From NCBI GenBank assembly GCA_035084275.1, contig CM068756.1, positions 8,928,001 through 8,992,000 of the forward strand: a stretch of 64,000 bases of DNA, read 5' to 3'. The notes under the pieces are model-generated. The model saw nothing but the letters and a program-made list of their open reading frames with translations. It had not been told where the DNA came from and ran no database searches. Position numbers and translations under genes: made by a program. Shown here in pieces: positions 52,201 through 64,000 of this stretch (the stretch's first letter is position 1; every line of letters starts with the position of its first letter). Source of the stretch: Hydrolagus colliei. Lineage: Eukaryota.

Positions 52201-53214
52201 GCTAACTTCTGCTGCAACAGGTCGAACTCCAGGTCAGTGCCAGCTTGCATCGACTGCCAACGTGGCACAGTTTTCCCCTTCCTTTCCTTGCCTCGAAACT
52301 CTCCATTTACAGTGACAACAGTTCACACATGCGAATGCACTTTCCCATCGTGCTGCGAAATTGCGCTTTACACTTTACTACCACATTTCATGTAATCTAT
52401 TTTAACTGTTTTTATTACACACATATAACCTGCTGTGAAATGTTGCTTAACCAAGTCTGATTCATTCTTCACCCATCCGTATATACACGCACATACATAC
52501 TCACACACTGTCCAACAGAAATCACTGGTTCCTTTGGTTAGACGGGTGTCTAACACATGCAGAAAATGCTTAAGAGAAACCAAACTAATCTGAGACCACA
52601 TGGCAACGTCTCTGCATCTGTAATGGAGTGCACACTCTCTCCCTAGAGCCATGTACCTTAGGCACTGTACTGTCTTTACCTGCAGCTAAGCATTTGAAGG
52701 AACTGCATCTAATTTCTATTAACACTTTCTGCTCTGTCATTAACCGGAGCGCACTGGCTGGAAGAGCAGTGAAATCCGACCCAGATAGAAATGGTTATGG
52801 GGTAAGATCTCAAATTACTTAAAACACTTAATTCTCTGAGTGGAGGGTCATGCTTTTCACAACAACTGTTCTGAAGTGGAAGAATTTAAACAATGTCGCT
52901 GGATAAAAAAGAACCACTAGACTTCAAAAGAAATGACGTGTAAAGGTCCAAAGCTAAATATGGTGGGTCCAGGAGCTAAATATGGTGGGTTCAGGAGATC
53001 ATATCAAACTGTCCTGATTCAAGCACTGGTGAATGCTGCCATTCATATTGGATTCACACTGAATTCACACTAGCAGTTGGTTTAAAACTATACCATGGGG
53101 ACTTTGTTGTAGTCTAGTCAGTGAAGTAAACACATTGGTATTGTTAATGCTATGCATTTTATTACATAGAAACATTGGAATGTACCGTACTGGAAAATAC
53201 CTTTTCAGACAATC

Positions 53215-53340
53215 TGCAGTCCCAAAGTAATTCTCATATCTCTCACTTCTGTTACTCGCCAAATACCTGTCAAATTCCCTCTTCAAAATACTGAGACAAT
53301 TTACTTCCACTACCTCCCCGGCTGGTCTATTTCATTAGCA
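53215..53340 (-). mobile_element. CR1-type LINE 3' fragment
   Basis: Minus-strand translation PGEVVEVNCLSILKREFDRYL resembles the CR1 ORF2 C-terminus (LPxEVVEAxSxxxFKRxLDxxL). Confidence 0.6.
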
Positions 53341-53852
53341 ATAGGTATGGAATGAATGCACTAAAATTTTGAGATAAAGAACAGAAAAAAGAACGTATCA
53401 AGGAAAACTTATTCAACTCATCAACTGTGCTGCTTCCACAGACCCAGTGAAACTAATAATAATAATAGTAACATTAACTTTTTTTTGTTATATTATTCGC
53501 TGTATTTGTTTATGCCCCAGCAATACCATATCGCCATAACCAAGCAAAATAATCTTCCAGTAATCTGTGGTACATCATGCAAACTTGCAGGATTTTCATC
53601 CGAATGTAGATCTCAATGGTTATAGTATTTCCATGAGTCAGCACGATATACAGTCGATTTCACTTTACAGTACATTGTATGAAGCTCTTTGAGACGTCTG
53701 GAAGACCTGAAAACCGCTATATCAAATGCAAGGATTATTATTGCAGTATTATGATTATTTAATAACAATCTGCTTATTTTGGAACCCCAATGGAATAAGG
53801 TGCATGTTAGACCCCCCCTATATGTTTCATGACTTTTTATTTTATGCCTCAG

Positions 53853-54370
53853 CGTGGCTCAGTTGGTAACATTGTCAACTCTTGTCACAGGTTTGTGGGT
53901 TCAAGCCCCACATTGGGATTTTGAGCTCCTAGCTCAGGCTGACATTCCAATCAGTATTTGGGGGGCAATTGACCGCCATGTTTCGCCTACAAATATACAT
54001 TCAATTCACTTTACAGTATATTCTATGAAACGTTTTGAGACGTCTCAAAGACATGGAAAGCCCTATATCAAATGCAAGGATTATTATGTTGCATTGCTCA
54101 GGAAATCATCCTTCAGATGAGATATTAAACTGAGGTTCCAAATGGAAGTGAAAGATCCTATGGCACAATTTTTTTTAAAAAGGGAGTTTCTCCTGGTGGA
54201 CAAGCCCTCGGATGAATTTAGTCATTCACTTCATGGCTGATTGTGGGCTTTCTCTTTGAGCTAATTGGTTCCCACACTTTCTTGCAATATACTTTGCAGA
54301 AACCTTTGGAAGCATTTTGAGACATTCACTGTGTTTCAAAGTGCTGTATCAAAGTAAGGATTTCATTATA
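53853..54370 (+). mobile_element. Deu-domain SINE with a nested 3' fragment of the younger SINE (~53967-54087)
   Basis: Head gtggctcagttggtaac...gtgggttcaagcccc; nested tail ending gcaaggattattat; the Deu core resumes (cagatgagatattaaactgagg...aaagatcctatggcac) and ends about 50 nt before exon 7. Confidence 0.75.
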
Positions 54371-54418
54371 CAATGTGGATGATTAGTGGCAATGTAACAA
54401 TGCTGACTTTCATTGCAG

Positions 54419-54538
54419 GTGGAGTTTGAATGGTTACGACAGTTCTGGTTCCAAGGGAAGCGTTCAGCAAAGCAGACTGACTGGTGGTTTCAACCAATGG
54501 CAACTCTGGAGAACTATTGGCGAGCGATGGAGCAAATG
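54419..54538 (+). CDS. FTO: FTO exon 7 (120 nt)
   Basis: [40 protein letters not shown] versus human [40 protein letters not shown]; ttgcag| acceptor, ATG|GTATGT donor. Confidence 0.97.
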
Positions 54539-55849
54539 GTATGTGAACCAGTCCCTTTTCTTTTTTGCCTCGTTGAGAAAAGCTGTCTTTAGTTTGTGTT
54601 GCCTTCCTACGCTGTTCCATTTAAAAAATAAAACAACATTGTGTGGTTTAGACAGGATTGTGGCAGCATTGGATTATTTATTTAGTTTAAGTTGTACAAA
54701 TACATTGAAAATAGAGATGGGCGTCAGATGGAAAGCTGAGTGCTGGAGCCCTTAAGCCCTTCACTGTACAATTGATGTGACATATCCACATGGCTCTGAT
54801 TAGAATGATGATGGTGTTAGTATCTCCTTTCAACCGGCCTCTCTGATATTCTTCAGCCACCGTAAAGAGCGATTTCTAACTCTGAATACCGCTTGAAATG
54901 CTTCTGTATTTTTCCTGATTTGGGCTTTTAAGGGAATGCCTAGCAACATTTAAGGGAGAGACTGTCACCTTGGAGTCCGTTGCCCGAAGCTGGGCTGAGA
55001 TCTTGCTGAGTCAGGGGCCTAGTTGGCCAGCTTTTTCCATGACTTAAAAGTCACCTGCAATGACTGATGCAACCCTAGAATTGAAACAGCAGGGGGCACT
55101 ATTGCACTAGCAGTGCGCAGCAGCCACAGCAGTTCAATAGCTGGGAAGCAGTTCATGCCATTCAACAGGAAGACACTGTGACCTATCATTTGTAAATGGC
55201 CTTAATCACATTCCATTGCTGTGCAATAAACGAAACCGTAACATCGAGCTGAAATTTCCATGTACTGTACATCTTTGCAATGTCCCGTCTCCCCGTCCCC
55301 ACTTCATTTAAAACAATTCAATTACAGGGATTATTATTGTTTCTTTTAGTCAAGTTGATTTGCAAAGATGACAATGAACCTGACTTTATTCTGAAAAGAC
55401 TTGCTTCATCTCCATAGAGTGCTATAAATAGCCACGGTCAGTCCAGGGTGAGAGTGTGTTGTTAACTGTTAACATTTGAAAACTATTCAAGTTTCTTATT
55501 CTATTACTATTTTGCCCTTCGTACATTCTATAATCCTTAATCTTTCTTGAATTTGATATAGCTCTTTATCACGAGATATTTCAAAGCGCTTCATGGAGTT
55601 TGTTGTAAAATGGTTGACTATATATTTCTGGACAAAATTCTGCAGCCGATTGCGCCCAACAGTATCCCACAAAAAGGCGTTTATATATGTTCATGGAAAG
55701 GTAATTCTAACCAATGAACCCACCTTAGTAAACACTGGACTGATTTTGTATTAATGTCATCAGGGCATGCCTAATTCCTCATTGAGAATTCTATATATAC
55801 TATTACGCATAGTATAGGATAATATGCCTCACCTATAAACCCCTTCACA

Positions 55850-56145
55850 CTCTAGCACTTCCAAATCTCTTCAATCTCCACATGTGCCATTCCTGTTTGC
55901 CCCCTCAGCTCAACTAATTCAGGCATCCTGTGCTTTGCCTACCCTTCCTTCTCTACCAGTGATAGCTGGACTTTCTGATTCAACTTTCCCCACCTCTGGA
56001 ACTCCCTCCCTTGACCCCTCTGTCTCTTCAAGTCCTGGTTTAAAAATCTACCTCTTCGACCTATGGTCCCCTCATACTCTTTCTCGTCGCCCCCTCCCCT
56101 TCGGTTATTCTATGTGAAGGTTGCTGTATAAATGCAAGCCATTGC
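55850..56145 (+). mobile_element. L2-type LINE 3' end fragment
   Basis: ctctggaactccctccct (LWNSLP) and ttcaagtcctggtttaaaaatctacctcttcgac (FKSxLKTYLFD-like, frameshifted), followed by the tail gtgaaggttgctgtataaatgcaag shared with the SINEs. Confidence 0.65.
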
Positions 56146-58984
56146 TGTATAATTTTGTTTGGAACTACTATTCTATAAGTTTAGAACTTTTAATTGACAC
56201 ATTCTGATGCTGAGAACGGGAATAAATCATCTCCTGACGTGAAAGGCGCTTTATAAATGTAAATTGTTGTTGTTGTTGTTATACACTCGCTTATGGGAGT
56301 TAAGAAGAAATGGAGCCATAGAATGGGAGCACTGTGTCGTGATGATATGGAGTGTAAGTGTACAGATTTGATCACCCTCTCTGCTGAGCTGCGGTGAAGT
56401 GGTAAGTGTTCAACTTCTTTGCAGGAATATGAGGGGAGTGTAGGAAAGAATCTGAGAGAGGAGATATGTCCAGTTTCCTGTTGAGTGCCCTTCAAATAGC
56501 TAACTCAACAATAGTAATAATACCACTACTACTAATAATAATCCTTCTATTTGATGTAGCACCTTATCACATTATTGAGACATCTCCAAACCAGTCATAG
56601 AATATCCTGTAAATTGAATTGACTGCGCACAAGTTCAGAAAAGGAAGAAACCTTGGAACAGGTAGGCTGTGTGCCTCCTTGATAGCCAGTAGTACCAGCA
56701 AAGGGAGAAAACACTCCCTGAAAGAATACTTACTGTGTACTGCCTGTTGATGCTAACTGAGTTTGAAAAAGGTTCCACTTAATTTAGATAATTAGTGGCA
56801 ATCTTTGGTTGAATGTAGATATTTTAATTTCTGTTTGCACACATTCGCTATGTATCTGCTTGAGTTCTGGTTATTTTAACAAACCACACAGACAATATTA
56901 GTTTGGCCTAAAGCACTCATTTTAAACCATTTAAGTCTTATTATTAATAGCATTTTCACTGCTAATTCAGCATTACTGTCATAGATGTAAAAAATAAAAT
57001 CACATTTTCTACAAGTTTTCAAGTAATTCTGTAGTAATTTTCAGAACACAGAGTTCATAAAGCAGGTCTTTGCCTGGGGTCTTCAAGACTGATAATGAAG
57101 GTAGCCAGGTCGTTATTGAATTGCCTGGCTTCAACAATTCCTTCCTTTTCCTTCGGACAATCATATCTCTTTATTAAATTGGACAACAGTTACACAGGAA
57201 AGACTGGATAGTTAATTAACTGTGTTTTGCGGGTGGCTACTGATTTATACAAAGTTTTGTTAGCTACTGTATATACTGGAAGCAATATTGAGCTGCACTG
57301 AAGTGGCCCATATCTCAGTGCAGTGTGTGACTCTATGCCTTTTTTTAATTTAGAGATTTTTATATTATGCTCTTTCAACGAAGCCTACTACATCATGCTC
57401 AGATTAAATGCTCAGCCTCATCTGCTTCTTTGGTTAATGAGTGTTACCATCTGTGCCCCTGTTTTGACAGCAAAAAAAGGTATCATTAACTTGCATTCAA
57501 TTTCACTTAAGTAATTTTTATAAAAGAATGTTGACGATATCATTGGATCAATTGGCTAGTAGGAGTTCCTCAACCCGACAGTGTGAGGGAGTCGAATTAA
57601 TATACACAGCTGAAATGACGCGACAGCTCAAGCACTCTGGCTTAATCACCATCTCGGCTGTTATTGATTTAGCTCCCTCCCTCACACAGCGTATTGGAGC
57701 CAGTCGCTTTGATTAGCTTCTTAACAATTACTGTTTAAAGAAAATTTTTTTTTTATATAAAAACATGAAACCATTAGCAATAATGACGATTCTTTGCCAC
57801 TTTTGTTCAAAAGGGGTTACTATAGATGAGAACCTTTCCTTCCTCCTTAAAAGCACAAATATTAGATTGATAAACAAGGTGATGTGTTGACTGTTGAATG
57901 ACAGTGTTAATGACCACACTTGCTTGTTCCTGCGACAATTGCGCACACACCTCCTCCATTCCCCCTCCCCCCACCCCCACATCCCCAATCTCCTTAACTA
58001 CCCCTGAGATGATGCTCGAGCTTTAAAATGGCAGATTTGCACAAAAGTATGCTTTTCATATGGTGTTGTACAGTGGATTTCGCTCTTTCAGCCGCACGTT
58101 AGTTAGGAGCATCCATTATGCTAATCCAGTGAGCTGCTGTATGATAGCCACATGCTGCTTTACATGCTTTTCTTCTTTCTGCGCTACAGAAAGGTTTAAA
58201 AGTTCAGTGTCCCTTTTGCTGACCTACATTTGCTGAATTTTTAAAACCATCATCAATCAAATTTACACAGTTCTGTTTCACACATCGCGGCCTCCTTACG
58301 ATTGTATCCGGTATTGCAGGTTACTTGGAGAAAGTCAGGGCTGCGCAGTGAAGCCCCTTATTATCATATCCAACAGCAGAATTGTGGCAGCTGGCCTTTA
58401 TTGGTCAAAATGTACAATATTAAGCAGTTGCAGCTCACACGGTTGATGCTTTTTAAAAAGCACTGAAACTGAAAAGGGACGTTACTTATTTTTTAAACGG
58501 ATGTAAGAAAGCAAGGGCTTTTGAAATATTTTGAGTGAAAAGGAATCAACTCCACCTCCATTATTTGACTCGGATTGATGTGAGATATAAGTGTGTATTG
58601 TTAATCTCAAATTGGTGACCATCTTACCTAACTGTATTTGTGTGCAATCGAGATATTGACGCCTTGAAACACGATCGACAATGTAGAGTTGAATAGAAAG
58701 CATACAGTAAGTCTACAATAATAAAGGGGTTGTTGTACAAAAGAGCTAGATAAGAGCAAGGTTTTACAGCATAAATGCAGCTGCCATCTTATTTATATGC
58801 TTGTAGGAAATTGCTTTCCAGCATTGACATTGTATTTTACAGAAAGTCCTTCAGATGTGAACAGTAATTTCATATGGAATGCTAGATGGAAGTACCCAGG
58901 AAGGGCAGTATAACAATTCTCTACCTCTCTCTGACCTTTTGAGTTCTGAATTCTTGAGATTTTTTTTCTGGAAAAAAAAACAAA

Positions 58985-59400
58985 CCTGCATTTGATCACA
59001 ATGCTTGCATTTGATACAGCTACTTAACATGTCATCGAGATGTCTCAAAGCGCTTCACAGGAATTTCCTGGAAAGTCTAGTGACCGTGTATTTGTAGGCA
59101 AATGCAGCAGGCAGTTTGCATGCTTAACCTCCCACAAACATATATGAAGTGAATAATCAATTGTATCTGGGCGATTGTTGGTCCAAGCCACCGGGAGAAA
59201 CTCCCTTCTTTGTTTGAGGAATGCTGTGAAATCTTTAACATCTACTTGGACAGGCAAATGGCACCTGGTTTTTATCTCTCATCGGAAGAAAGTAGTAATA
59301 ATAATAAAAAGGGAATTGTGCTGTATTTGTCGAGCTTCAATCCCAGATATTATCATGAACTTCAACATTGTTCTGGGGCTAAGCATCCGTCCCTACCCTC
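58985..59400 (-). mobile_element. Degraded Deu-domain SINE
   Basis: Tail (cttgcatttgatacagc...gtctcaaagcgcttcacag), then gggagaaactccctt...atctttaacatctacttggacagg...ctcatcggaaga, the reverse complement of the Deu core. Further degraded plus-strand copies lie at ~36640-36870 and ~51180-51520. Confidence 0.65.
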
Positions 59401-62400
59401 ATAATGGTGTAAAAATGTTCCTTGGGAACTCCTGAGGTAATGACACTTTCAAATGTATTGGCGACTTTGAAACACATTTCAGAATATCAGTTTAAATAAA
59501 GTACCAATAAATATCCCCAATGTGTTTCCTAAAAGCTCTTTGAATTTCAATGGTAATACACTCTTGGGGTTCCAGCATGAATTTTGTGCACAGTTTGAAG
59601 AAACAATGGCAAGTGTGCTTTCCTGTACACCTCTGCATCCTTTTCAACAAGATTTTTTCTTATCAATTTTTGACCAGATTTCTTCTCCTTTCTTGAATAT
59701 GTATTGTTTCCTTTCTCCTCCTCACGGGGTGTGGGTGCACCTTTGAGTACCTTGGCCATGCCACCATTATTCATGTGTGTGACTTGACAGTGAACGTTGG
59801 CCCACTGTTCATGGGAAGGCTTGTAACTGGTCCTTTCCTGTCCATTTAAGCTTATTTTTAAGCAGGATTCTCTGTAATAAACTCTATTATTTTCCCCCTC
59901 CCTTACCGAAGCCACTGAGGATAGATAAAATTGGTCATTTACTTCATGGCTGTTTCCTGGGATATTACCATGCAGCCACATTCCCTTACAAAACACACTA
60001 AGATGGCTTCCCAGCGTAAAAGGATCTATATCAAATGCAAGGAGACTTATTATTATTACTGCATCTTTAGTTTATTATTCAAAGGAGGACTGAGGAGGTC
60101 ATCAGTGTAATTCAGAGTTTTATTTCTTAACTGATTTCAAATTAGACAAGCCAAAAGCAGATTATTTTAACTATTTTAAGTGTTTGTGTGAGTCCATCCA
60201 AAGGAGATCAAACTTCTACCTGAGTACTCATCAACTTTGGAGAGAGTAAGAACTTTTGTTATAATCATAACACACAAAATATTGCACTTATGAGTTTAGT
60301 TACACAAGCATTATATAGAAACAATTTGAAATCTATTTGTTTAGTTGTAAATTTGATCATTTTTCTTCCTCTATAATTTGTACATTCAAATTTGTACACA
60401 CATTTATTTGACAATGGGTAAAATTATTTGTAAAATTCTAATGTCAGGGTATCGAAGCTATTGAAGGCACGGTGAAATGTAGATCTTTTATATTTACCAT
60501 ATTCTAATGGCACTATTTATTCTTGGCATTTTATCTCCCTGTGGACAGTTTTCCCCACAGTTTCCACTATTGTGATGTAAATGTTGAACCTTCCATTAAA
60601 ATGACATCCAGATAAAACATCAAGCATTTTTGCAAAATATTACCCTATGAAATGATGAAGCTATTAGATGAATGATGCATTTACTGAAAGATGAAGGTTA
60701 AGTAAATGTTTGTATTTCATAAAAGGCATCTGAGATTGAAGCATTATCAGGTGGGAGATTAAGATAGCCGTCAACACCATTCAAAGATACAGTTACCTTT
60801 CAAAAGAACCCATACAAGCTTTGCTTTCTGAGTAAAAGAGGCAACATAAAAAGCAGGAATCTCTTGTGAGATGATTGAGACTTGCTCTGGCTGTTCCTAG
60901 ATGCATAGGATAGCAACCCAGTCTCCTAAGGTCTGAAATCATGCAAACATAAGGCAACTAAAATTCATATCAGCTACAAAATGGATAAAATCTGCAGACT
61001 TAACCTAAAAACAACCTTCGTGTCTGTAAAAGAGAATTATAATGAAGTCCAAGTTAAATATTTTACATGTTCGAAATGTGAACAAATTTAGCCAAACAAA
61101 TTAAGTGAAACATATTTAAATATTTAATATGTTAAGCACCTTGCTGTCTTAACAGTTTGTAACTGTAGTTTTGGTAGCATTTACTCATAAGAGCAAAGAA
61201 TGAAATGCTGTGATTTAATCTTCTATTTTAACAATAATGATTTTTTTTAATGTCAAGCTTTATTTGGGTATTTTGACTTACAATTAGCGCTTCCAGATTT
61301 GTGATGGCAACTTCTTTGCAAACCATTGCAAAGGCGTTAACATTCGTTCGATTTCTGACGACGAGTCAGGCAAAAGTGTTCAGCGGTCAGAAATATTTTT
61401 CTCAGCGCTATACTTCTCTGATCGATCAGGGTAAAATGAAGGAGTGAAGGTGCTTGTCCAAGAGCAGCGAAACACGTCTTGTGCTTCAGACAGGAAAAAA
61501 AAGTAACTGCTTGTTTCTTTAAACGGCAGCAGTCTGCGGCTTTGGACCTCGAGACAGAGGTGTTGAATACAGTCCTACTGAGAATACATTGGTGACATTA
61601 TCTGCAAAGGCATCAGAGCAAACCGTTGCATACGCTGACTTCTTTTTGTTTAATTCTCCAGTTAATAGCCATATTCTGAGGTCACACAGAATCTGAAATC
61701 CTCAGAACAATCGAGATTATCTTCTTTTGACTTTGAAAAAAAGTTTACGTGCCAAGCTGAAGCTAATATAATTTAGGAAGTGTGTTTTGGGGGCTGCTCA
61801 CTGCTACTGAGCTTGTTAGCGAAAGAGCTAAAGGTGATTAAAATGGCTCTTAGTCTTTACATATGTGACAGCTTTTGATGGTGGAGAGTGTATTAATATC
61901 CTGCCTAGCTGCTGTTGGCACTTTGGACAGGTCCCAAGGAAGAATATGAGATTGACCAGGGTTTTCCCACTGTGCCAGAAATCTTTTGCAGACACAAAGC
62001 AGTACCCTTGTACTAGCGGAAGAACAGATAAGGGTTTTCTTGTTGCCATTTAAGTTTTAGCACTAATGCTTTTCTCTGTTATCCCTTCCCTAGGATGTTG
62101 AAAGGGAATTGCTCTTTGATTTTTCAAGGGATTTTCAGAAGGCAGAATCATTAGTTTAAGCTAAAGAGATAAATTGCACTGCATTTGAATAGAAACAATC
62201 ATGTTGTCATTATCAGTATTAAATTAAGCAGATTTGCGTTGGCTTTTCAAACACACACATCCCCTCTAATGGTATAATCACTGACTTTAGACCACAACAA
62301 AGGCTAACAATGAGATCAGAATCAGAGCCAATTTTCAAGCCAATTTTTCTCTCCTGGTAGAAGGGATATAGCGTGCCCTGTGCCTCTCTGATGATGAGCC

Positions 62401-64000
62401 TAGATAAAAAAAAAGAAGCTGCCAGAGATATGAATAAGCAAAGCAAAAGCTGGGAACAGGAAATGTCAAGCCTTGAAGACATTGTCGTAAATGACTACAT
62501 TGGAGCTTGATGCTTATCATTCAACAAAAATGTGAGCGATTTTAGGTGACGAGCTGGTCAATGAAAAATGGGTTCGGGTGGAATTCCTTGGCTTCTCTGC
62601 AGGATCCATTGTTCCACAGTGTTCTTCGGCTGTCCGACTTTCAGACTTTGTATCTGCAATAACCGCTCTAGTACAGTGGCTAGAAGCAGGTGCGTTCCTT
62701 TTAGGTTAGCCAAAAGAGAATCCTTGTCAAACAACAAAACAAGCATCATTTTAATTACCACATGAAATCGTTATTCTCAGTTATAAAGTCTTAAAAAAGG
62801 TGAGTTTCCTTATCCATGCCCCCACTTTTTTGAAACAAATATAAATTTCAAAAATATAAGGTGAAATGTAACATACTTTTACTTTTCATTGTGTATTTTT
62901 GGATTATTTTGTACTCATTATATCATCTAAATTCTGGGTTACAGAAGCTATAGCTGTCCCAAAGGCCAGAATAAACATCAAGTAAAATCTCGGAGAAGCT
63001 TCTGGGGTTAACGTAAAGATTGTTTTTCTTTTGACATTTTTTTCCAGTAAGTAAAACTTAGAGCTGCTCTGATTTCACCATCAGCTCTTGCAGTTGAAAA
63101 AAGTATTAAACTCCCCAAATAACTCAGTAAGTTTATCTAGCACTTTGTGTAAGGGAAGGTCCTGGGTTCAATCCGCAGACCATGCTGAATACAGTAATCT
63201 GATCTTTCAATCCGTGAAACTGTCCTTCCAGTAGAAAGAAAAATAACCTTTATGAGAGGAAGGAGAGGGGGGAAATGTATATAATGATGATGATAACAAT
63301 TATAATAATACTTGCATTTGTTACTGTGCCTTTCAGCTAGGAGGATAACTTAAAAGTGCTTTACAGGATGTAATAGTAACTTGAAGGTACTGAGTACATT
63401 GTATGCGAATATTAAAATAAATGAATGCACCAAATAATAATCAAAAAATGCTAAAAATTGATTAGCTTAGTTGAGGGATTCCCTTCCCAGTGAAGGTGGA
63501 TGTTGGTTAAGCGCAGAAATAAGCTTAACTGCAATGGTCTCCCGCTCAAATTCACTATCAAAGCTCACATGTAAATGAGGCCACTGAACCAAGCTGACTG
63601 AAAACAATTGCAAAAGGATGTATTTAAAAACAACATAATTCTTTCTAATTGCTTGATTTTTAACATTGATACTGATACTTTGCCTCGACTGTTAAATATG
63701 GCCCAAGCGACTGCATTGAATTCTCTTTCTAGCTCCACCACCCCACACTTCTCGCTACTTGAGGAGGAATGCAGAGTTTGATTCATTCCAAGTGGTAAAT
63801 TTATTGGTAGTACTTCACTGCGGAGCTGCAGTTTAACACTCTGTGCTGCCTAGAATGAATAGCGAGCTCCTTTCACATGCTTTTGGAGCCTGGGAGGATT
63901 GAGAAGAAATTCAAGCAGCCTTACTTAAAATTGCTCCCTCTGTTCAGCCAGAAGTGAGCCTATGTGCAGCACATAATGCAAAAAGCATGTGAGCATTTTA

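Noticed and set aside
52948-52998. Two-copy ~22-bp tandem repeat (agctaaatatggtgggt); similar small duplications at ~1196-1243 and ~9844-9872, and short hairpins at ~44283-44314 and 45217-45232
   Set aside because: Ordinary slippage-type duplications and short palindromes with no supporting context.
59547-59996. 149-aa minus-strand ORF and the many other 60-135 aa ORFs
   Set aside because: No family motifs, many start at non-ATG codons, no supporting exon structure; expected by chance in 64 kb of intron.
54539-64000. Search for FTO exon 8 (human TNAVLHEV...RQNLRREWHAR)
   Set aside because: I found no matching reading frame by eye; the exon is probably beyond the window, though TBLASTN would be needed to exclude a divergent copy.

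Overview
AT-rich vertebrate genomic DNA containing the conserved head-to-head RPGRIP1L / FTO locus. The repeat content (Deu-domain SINEs, tRNA-derived SINEs with L2-type tails) and the protein divergence suggest a cartilaginous fish, possibly a chimaera (inference). The minus strand carries the 5' end of RPGRIP1L: a probable non-coding exon 1 near 8.3 kb and coding exons at 4386-4470 and 208-352, with the gene running off the left edge. The plus strand carries FTO coding exons 1-7 (8831-8872, 36173-36250, 38241-38892, 40441-40590, 44660-44739, 47711-47854, 54419-54538), which total 1266 nt (422 codons), all with GT-AG introns and consistent phases. I did not find exons 8-9; they presumably lie to the right. 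The two genes share a CpG-rich promoter with two divergent ZNF143/THAP11-type motifs and RFX X-box-like sites. The introns contain many SINEs, L2/CR1 3' fragments, Tigger-like MITEs, a deleted Tc1/mariner and a hAT-like element with a 6-bp target duplication. Repeat-free, motif-dense blocks in the introns are candidate IRX3/IRX5 enhancers. Almost all other ORFs in the supplied track are spurious. I see no evidence for a wholly new gene system; the findings are regulatory, splicing, protein-substitution and transposon observations. Human comparisons and residue numbers are from memory, not from a run alignment.
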